Shown: one piece after another, positions 33,143-37,974 of the stretch
Layout of the letters: every line of letters begins with the position of its first letter
Numbering within the stretch: position 1 is the stretch's first letter
Assembly: GCA_902795525.1 (NCBI GenBank)
Contig: CADBLN010000184.1
Coordinates: 1-37,974, forward strand
Reading direction: 5' to 3'
Length of the DNA: 37,974 nt
DNA from: an uncultured Erysipelotrichaceae bacterium
GTDB taxonomy: Bacteria; Bacillota_I; Bacilli_A; Erysipelotrichales; Erysipelotrichaceae
Program-made: the position numbers and the translations under genes
The notes under the pieces: generated by a model
The model's input: the letters and a program-made list of their open reading frames with translations, nothing else
Database searches by the model: none
Told to the model about the DNA's origin: nothing

Positions 33143-33446
33143 TTTAATCAGCAGACAGGCGGCAGTTGATGCGGTAATGAAACTTATGCCATGCCTGACA
33201 ACGCCAGATGGGACTGGGAAGTTCGATGACGAGATATCTAGGGTGCAAGAGATGTTCGTTGATATTGGGCAGGTGCTTAATGACCTTCCATCCGCAGGGC
33301 GAAAAGGCAAGTGGATAAAGAATAGATATTGTTCTTTTTGCGAATGGGATAAAAACGATTTCAGCTACATAAGCGGATGGAAAGAAAACTTTTGTCCCTG
33401 TTGTGGTGTGAGTATGGTTGAAGATATGAGATGTGAGGGAGAATGA
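33135..33446 (+). CDS. phage-type protein with a C-terminal Cys cluster
   Basis: MSDLISRQAAVDAV is an N-terminus common in Firmicutes prophage proteins. C-terminus CSFCEW...CPCCG. The local G+C is clearly elevated. Confidence 0.5.
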   Translation: MSDLISRQAAVDAVMKLMPCLTTPDGTGKFDDEISRVQEMFVDIGQVLNDLPSAGRKGKWIKNRYCSFCEWDKNDFSYISGWKENFCPCCGVSMVEDMRCEGE

Positions 33447-33739
33447 AAAAAGCATTTAAAGCCCTAACGGAAATCCAGCTTGAACAATTATCAAATATGA
33501 AGATTGACAAGCATTTCATTTCAGCTGCAGACATTGAAAAGGTGACTGATATATTAGACCTCGACAATCTCAATACCGAAGAAGATTTACGAGCTGTCAG
33601 AAACTCAGTTGTAAGATACTTTATGGACGAATCAGACACCAGTTCAGATTATGATTTATACAGCCAACGCCAAACAACCATGAGCGGTATTGTTGCTGTA
33701 ATTGATTCAAAATTGTTCGAAAAAGGCTATTTATATTAA
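33443..33739 (+). CDS. acidic hypothetical protein (98 aa)
   Basis: GAGGGAG SD; the start overlaps the previous stop. Confidence 0.5.
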   Translation: MKKAFKALTEIQLEQLSNMKIDKHFISAADIEKVTDILDLDNLNTEEDLRAVRNSVVRYFMDESDTSSDYDLYSQRQTTMSGIVAVIDSKLFEKGYLY

Positions 33740-33752
33740 GAGGATATATATC

Positions 33753-34298
33753 ATGTATAAAAGAAAGAAATTAAATATATTAAGTTTATTGTTTGGAATA
33801 GTTGTCTTCTTTATCTTGTTTGGCTCTTTCTTTGCCGAACAGGACTGGGATGGTATTTTCAATAATATCAAAAAACAGGTTCAGGTTGAGACAGACTTGT
33901 ATGATGTAATTTATGTCATTGACGGCGACACCATCATAGTCAATATAGATGGAGTAGATACAAAGGTTAGGCTAATTGGAATTGACTGTCCTGAATCAGT
34001 TCACGAAGATCAAAGCAAAAATACACCAGAAGGTAAACTTGCATCTGAATTTACAACTAAGCTTTTAGAAGGTCAAAAGGTTAAGCTAGAATATGACGTT
34101 CAAACTAAGGACTCTTATGATAGAACATTGGCTTATGTATATTTAGAGGATGGAACAATGGTTAATGAAAAGATTATCGCAGAAGGCTATGCTTATCCTT
34201 TAACCATAACTCCAAATGTTAAATACCAGGATAAAATAGGAGAGGCTTTCCAAGAGGCAGTTAAAAACAAGAAAGGGTTGTGGTTGGATGAGAACTAA
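33753..34298 (+). CDS. membrane-anchored/secreted thermonuclease (SNase family)
   Basis: N-terminal TM LNILSLLFGIVVFFILF. SNase motifs VIDGDTIIV...KVRLIGIDCPE and YDRTLAYVY. Confidence 0.8.
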   Translation: MYKRKKLNILSLLFGIVVFFILFGSFFAEQDWDGIFNNIKKQVQVETDLYDVIYVIDGDTIIVNIDGVDTKVRLIGIDCPESVHEDQSKNTPEGKLASEFTTKLLEGQKVKLEYDVQTKDSYDRTLAYVYLEDGTMVNEKIIAEGYAYPLTITPNVKYQDKIGEAFQEAVKNKKGLWLDEN

Positions 34299-34386
34299 AT
34301 GTTTTATTGTATTCGCAATATTGATTATGCTATGTGGATGTAAAACAGATCCTAACAAAGACATCCCAGTATTAGAAAAGGTATAA
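34288..34386 (+). CDS. possible 32-aa mini-lipoprotein/signal-peptide-like ORF
   Basis: The ATG overlaps the nuclease 3' end. Sequence MRTKCFIVFAILIMLCGCKTDPNKDIPVLEKV with lipobox LCGC. No clear SD. Confidence 0.25.
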   Translation: MRTKCFIVFAILIMLCGCKTDPNKDIPVLEKV

Positions 34387-34474
34387 ATTAAACGTAACGT
34401 CTAATTTGATACTAAATTCTTATGAAAACGACAATGTAATAAGGTATAAAATAAACGACCGTTTAATTTGATAC
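34378..34474. repeat. two imperfect direct repeats of about 35 bp (candidate recombinase/res or protein-binding sites)
   Basis: AAGGTATAAATTAAACGTAACGTCTAATTTGATAC (34378-34412) and AAGGTATAAAATAAACGACCGTTTAATTTGATAC (34441-34474), about 85 percent identical. Confidence 0.6.
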
Positions 34475-34604
34475 AAAATAAGGCCGCTAAAATCGTTTTA
34501 ATGGACAATTATACGAAAAATAAAATCTAAATTGATTACAGAGGCACTTACAGAACACAAAAATCATAAAAAAACAACAAAAAGTACAAAAGGAGGATTT
34601 GCAC

Positions 34605-35003
34605 ATGAAAAACTTACCTTACCCATTAAACGAATGGTATTGGGATTACAGGAACACAAAGTTCTACCCAGAAGCAGGAACAGAAGCAACATTCAATCTT
34701 GAAGATGGAGCTTTAAAAGAAGATGGAAGTGTTGATTATGCAACATTTAAGATTACTGGACCATTTCGTTCAGCTCCACACGTTGAATACATTTTATACA
34801 AATGGAATGTTGGGGAGACAACAAGCAACATTACAGTTCAAATGAGCGGGCCTCTCACAGAAGAAGAAAGAATAAACGAACTTGAAAGAGCAAAGGATAT
34901 TTCAATTTATTTCTTTGAAGAATTACAATCCATTAGAAGAGAAAAACAATACTGGCTAAAACATTATAATGATGATAATAGGAGTGATAACTTATGTCAT
35001 TAA
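34605..35003 (+). CDS. hypothetical protein co-transcribed with the recombinase
   Basis: AAAGGAGG SD before the ATG at 34605. Its 3' end overlaps the recombinase start. Confidence 0.5.
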   Translation: MKNLPYPLNEWYWDYRNTKFYPEAGTEATFNLEDGALKEDGSVDYATFKITGPFRSAPHVEYILYKWNVGETTSNITVQMSGPLTEEERINELERAKDISIYFFEELQSIRREKQYWLKHYNDDNRSDNLCH

Positions 35004-35695
35004 TCTATGGTATCTGCAGAGTATCTACTCCAAAGCAAAACATAGAGCGTCAGGTTCGTAATATCAAAGCTGTATATCCTAACGCTTACATTGTTAAAGA
35101 GACTTATACAGGAACAAAGCTAGAGGGTAGAAAAGAATTTGAGAACGTTTTGAAGAAAGTTAAGCCAGGAGACACTTTAGTCTTTGATAGCGTTTCAAGA
35201 ATGTCTAGGAACGCAGAAGAAGGTTTTAATCTATACAAACAATTATTTAATGATGATGTAGAGCTTGTCTTCTTAAAAGAACCCCATATAAATACATCCG
35301 TTTATAGAAATGCCTTAGCCAACACCATAGAGGACACAGGCAACGACATAGCAGATATTTATATCGAAGCTACTAATAAAGTATTGCTGCTAATTGCAGA
35401 GCAAAGCATTAAGTTAGCTTTCGAACAATCACAGAAGGAAGTTGATGATCTGAGTCAAAGAACAAAGGAAGGATTAATAACTGCCAAGTTGAACGGTAAG
35501 ACTCCTGGGCGTAAAAGAGGAACAAGACCAAACATAAAGAAAGAAGCAGATGCCAAAAGAGAAATACAAAGAGTCAACAAGGCTTTTGGCGGTCAGTTAA
35601 ATGACAATGATACCTACAAACATATTGGTATATCTAAAGGAACATTCTACAAATACAAAAAACAATTGTTAGGAGGATACGGGAATGACAGATGA
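34994..35695 (+). CDS. small serine recombinase (resolvase/invertase family)
   Basis: N-terminal IYGICRVSTPKQNIERQ (catalytic Ser context) and DSVSRMSRN. C-terminal HTH YKHIGISKGTFYKYKK. Confidence 0.8.
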   Translation: MSLIYGICRVSTPKQNIERQVRNIKAVYPNAYIVKETYTGTKLEGRKEFENVLKKVKPGDTLVFDSVSRMSRNAEEGFNLYKQLFNDDVELVFLKEPHINTSVYRNALANTIEDTGNDIADIYIEATNKVLLLIAEQSIKLAFEQSQKEVDDLSQRTKEGLITAKLNGKTPGRKRGTRPNIKKEADAKREIQRVNKAFGGQLNDNDTYKHIGISKGTFYKYKKQLLGGYGNDR

Positions 35696-36038
35696 AGTTT
35701 TATATTATATTTACTGTGTAGCTGTAAGCAAGAAAGAAATCAATGCAGACAGGGCTAAAGCTTCAAAATTAATACTCTTAACCGAAGCCATTGGTATTAC
35801 TCAAGATAAAGTAGAATATCCAAACGATTACTTGTTTATGTATGTTGCACCTGAACTTCAAGCTGCAGGACTAGACATTCTTAAAAAAGAATATTCATCA
35901 TCAAAGATTGCGTACAATCAAGCAATTGAAGAAGGTGCATTAATCCATTTGTTAAAATCACAACAAAAGGACAAATATAAAGGAATTCCTGAAGAGATGT
36001 CAGTTTATATCGTTTCTCCTGCTTATGATGTGAATTAA
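35685..36038 (+). CDS. hypothetical protein
   Basis: AGGAGG SD; overlaps the recombinase stop. No motif recognised. Confidence 0.5.
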   Translation: MTDEVLYYIYCVAVSKKEINADRAKASKLILLTEAIGITQDKVEYPNDYLFMYVAPELQAAGLDILKKEYSSSKIAYNQAIEEGALIHLLKSQQKDKYKGIPEEMSVYIVSPAYDVN

Positions 36039-36039
36039 C

Positions 36040-36068
36040 TTGAAATCATTCTTTCAATTTCCTATAAT
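36040..36068 (+). promoter_or_regulatory. promoter TTGAAA-17-TATAAT
   Basis: -35 at 36040-36045, 17-nt spacer, consensus -10 at 36063-36068. Confidence 0.65.
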
Positions 36069-36120
36069 GAAATTGTACTTAATAACAAATTGTCAATTAT
36101 AAACAAGAGAATACCTATCC

Positions 36121-36146
36121 AGCAACTTATTTTAGTTGCTTTTTTC
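36121..36146 (+). terminator. intrinsic terminator inside the leader of the 36168 gene
   Basis: AGCAAC (36121-36126) pairs with GTTGCT (36135-36140), followed by T5-6. Confidence 0.5.
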
Positions 36147-36167
36147 ATGCAGAAAGGTTGTGATTAT

Positions 36168-36452
36168 ATGCGATACAATTTGTTAGAAGTATATGGCGAA
36201 AAGCTTATCAAATACCTGTATCTTAAACATAAAGCTAAACTTACCACTTGGACTCATGGCAATCCAATTTTCTTTACTGGCTATGAAGAAATAGGAACAG
36301 AATATGCTTCACTTAAAGTTGTTTATGAAGATAACTCAGTATATGAGTATATTATTTGTCTAAATAATCCAAAAGAGATTTCACAACAACGTGTTCATTT
36401 CCGTTCAGACATTAATTTCGCAAAAGGGATTGCAGTTACAGTAGCAATCTAG
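36168..36452 (+). CDS. hypothetical protein (94 aa)
   Basis: ATG at 36168 with a weak AAAGG SD. The longer TTG start at 36090 would read through the promoter-proximal terminator hairpin. Confidence 0.45.
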   Translation: MRYNLLEVYGEKLIKYLYLKHKAKLTTWTHGNPIFFTGYEEIGTEYASLKVVYEDNSVYEYIICLNNPKEISQQRVHFRSDINFAKGIAVTVAI

Positions 36453-36508
36453 TAGAATGTAAGTGAAGAAAATAACAGATTATAAATTATTAAACAAGGT
36501 ATTCTTAG

Positions 36509-36537
36509 CAACCAAACGCTTTTTGGTTGTTTTTTTG
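36509..36537 (+). terminator. rho-independent terminator
   Basis: CAACCAAA (36509-36516) pairs with TTTGGTTG (36522-36529), followed by T7. Confidence 0.7.
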
Positions 36538-36600
36538 TTTGTAATTGACTACCTGTTGTTTTCTGAAGTACAAAAGCCAGAAAGGAAGGTAGAGTAAATT

Positions 36601-37029
36601 ATGGCAATTAATACTAACGTAGTTGTGTTGGAAGGACACATGACAAAAAATCCTTCAATTACAGTTGTAGGAGACAACAAAAAGAAATGTGAATTCACTT
36701 TAGGTGTAAATCACGGAAAGAACTCAAAAGGTGAAGAAAGATCAAGTTTCTTCCAAATTCAATGCTGGGGAAGTATGGCAGAGTTCATTTCAAACTTTGG
36801 AGAAAAGGGAGCACACCTAAACGTCACAGGAGAACTGGTTGCTGAATCTTGGAAAAAAGAGGATGGCACTTATGGCAACAAGGTTTATGTCAGAGCAAAC
36901 TCTGTTCGATTGTTGGACAAAAAAAGTGATAATGCTTCAGGACCAGCTGACACTGCAGCAGAAAACAGTGTTGAAGTTGATGGTGAAACAATCACATATC
37001 CTTGGCCAAGTGAAGAAGATCCATTTTAA
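36601..37029 (+). CDS. ssb: single-stranded DNA-binding protein
   Basis: OB-fold pattern (NVVVLEGHMTKNP...FFQIQCWG...LNVTGEL...SWKKEDG) and an acidic C-terminal tip SEEDPF. Confidence 0.8.
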   Translation: MAINTNVVVLEGHMTKNPSITVVGDNKKKCEFTLGVNHGKNSKGEERSSFFQIQCWGSMAEFISNFGEKGAHLNVTGELVAESWKKEDGTYGNKVYVRANSVRLLDKKSDNASGPADTAAENSVEVDGETITYPWPSEEDPF

Positions 37030-37039
37030 AAATGAAACG

Positions 37040-37065
37040 AGGACCTAGAAAAAGGTCCTTTTTTC
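37040..37065 (+). terminator. rho-independent terminator after ssb
   Basis: AGGACC (37040-37045) pairs with GGTCCT (37054-37059), followed by T6. Confidence 0.75.
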
Positions 37066-37156
37066 TTGCTCTCATAAGCTATGTGATGATAATAAAGATT
37101 TTATTGGTATTTATGATTTGTTATAATTTTAGTGAGAAAAATGGAGAAATGATAAT

Positions 37157-37974
37157 ATGCCAATAATATACAGCTCAATTAATTTAGATGAAACGTCATT
37201 TCAATACAATTTTTACAATGAGGTTTGTTTAAGAGATGTAACTATTTCTAGAAATACAGACGGTTTTCAGGACGGAACAATATTTGAACATAAGACTAAT
37301 GTAATGAGTTATGGAATGAACAAAGCATTATCACAAGCATTAATATATTTGGTTAGATTTAATCAAGATGGCATTCCAATACCTAAAAATATTATGTTGG
37401 TTAGCCAAAGCGAAGGTAAAGCATACGTATTTAATTCTGAAGATTTTATTGAGATTATAAACGACATTCCTACTTATTCTAATTTATCAGCAAGTAATGG
37501 TATTCATGGTTTCACGACTAGAAAAAAACCATTAGAAATAAAATTTGATTTATCAAACGCTAGAGGAAAAAGAGAAATAACTGACTTTTTAAGTAAAGAA
37601 CCACAATATACCAAAGTAAATATTGATAAGCATAATGTTTATGGTTGGTCAGAATACTACTATTCACACGCAAAAGAAAATGGTCAAAAAGATAAGAAAA
37701 AAGATTTCTTTGAAGAACTAAGAGAACCAAAAAGAACATTAAAAAAATATATAAATAAATGGGAAGGGAACGAAAGAGACTTTGAGCTTATTATGGATAT
37801 GCTAAATGATCCACAGGCTAAAAAGGATCTAGGTGCATTTTACACACCGCCACTTTATGCAGAAAAAATAACAGAAGTTGTTAGAAATGCGATAAAAATA
37901 GTCCCAAAAGATAATGACTATATTATTCTTGATAGATGTAGTGGAGCTGGGATTTTAGAAAATTTTTTAAATGA
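37157..37974 (+). CDS. 5' part of a type IIG/IIL-like restriction-modification enzyme (nuclease-like N-terminus plus N6-adenine methyltransferase), partial
   Basis: The ORF is open from the ATG at 37157 to the window edge and is absent from the track because it has no stop. TDGFQDGTIFEHK is a D-x8-E-x-K motif. GAFYTPPLY and ILDRCSGAGILENFL are gamma-class MTase motifs. Confidence 0.6.
   Translation, partial: MPIIYSSINLDETSFQYNFYNEVCLRDVTISRNTDGFQDGTIFEHKTNVMSYGMNKALSQALIYLVRFNQDGIPIPKNIMLVSQSEGKAYVFNSEDFIEIINDIPTYSNLSASNGIHGFTTRKKPLEIKFDLSNARGKREITDFLSKEPQYTKVNIDKHNVYGWSEYYYSHAKENGQKDKKKDFFEELREPKRTLKKYINKWEGNERDFELIMDMLNDPQAKKDLGAFYTPPLYAEKITEVVRNAIKIVPKDNDYIILDRCSGAGILENFLN

Noticed and set aside
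33122-33639. Minus-strand ORFs 33122-33310, 33144-33455 and 33361-33639
   Set aside because: They arise within the G+C-rich patch, where stop codons are rare. They overlap well-supported plus-strand genes and lack SDs.
36090-36167. TTG start extending the 36168 gene
   Set aside because: It has no SD and would be translated through a terminator hairpin about 50 nt after a consensus promoter. It is kept only as an alternative.
36839-37048. 69-aa plus-strand ORF overlapping ssb in another frame
   Set aside because: It lies inside the well-supported ssb gene and has no SD.
1-37974. Window as a complete circular plasmid; CRISPR arrays, tRNA or rRNA genes
   Set aside because: Joining the ends would truncate the methyltransferase ORF after two codons, so this is a fragment. 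I found no regularly spaced direct repeats typical of CRISPR and no tRNA/rRNA-like sequences on reading through the intergenic regions.

Overview
AT-rich (roughly one-third G+C by eye) segment of a Firmicutes-style conjugative plasmid or ICE. The window is not a closed circle. LEFT (1-7.7 kb): a minus-strand nuclease-rich operon (550-3553) and an XRE-ParA-ParB partition operon (3829-6499). These are divergent from a wHTH/DnaD-like rep gene (6774-7682) whose leader looks countertranscript/attenuator controlled. CENTRE (7.7-29.5 kb): a one-directional Gram-positive type IV secretion/conjugation module. It holds a thioredoxin-like lipoprotein, VirD4-like coupling ATPase, VirB3-like protein, VirB4-like ATPase, VirB6-like protein, CHAP cell-wall hydrolase, a thioester/Cna-B-type wall-anchored adhesin and several unknowns. 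I cannot recognise a classical HUH relaxase. RIGHT (29.5-38 kb): an accessory, leading-region-like island. It holds a HEPN pair, a GNAT-toxin pair, a type I toxin/antisense RNA locus and a lone IS200/IS605 TnpA homolog with substituted catalytic residues. It also holds phage-like Zn-ribbon/ASCH genes, a thermonuclease, a serine recombinase with upstream direct repeats, SSB and the 5' part of a type IIG-like restriction-modification enzyme. A recurring architecture appears at six or more places: strong sigmaA promoter, then a 50-160 nt leader, then an intrinsic terminator, then the gene. No rRNA, tRNA or CRISPR array was seen. All functional calls rest on motifs read by eye from the translations, not on database searches.
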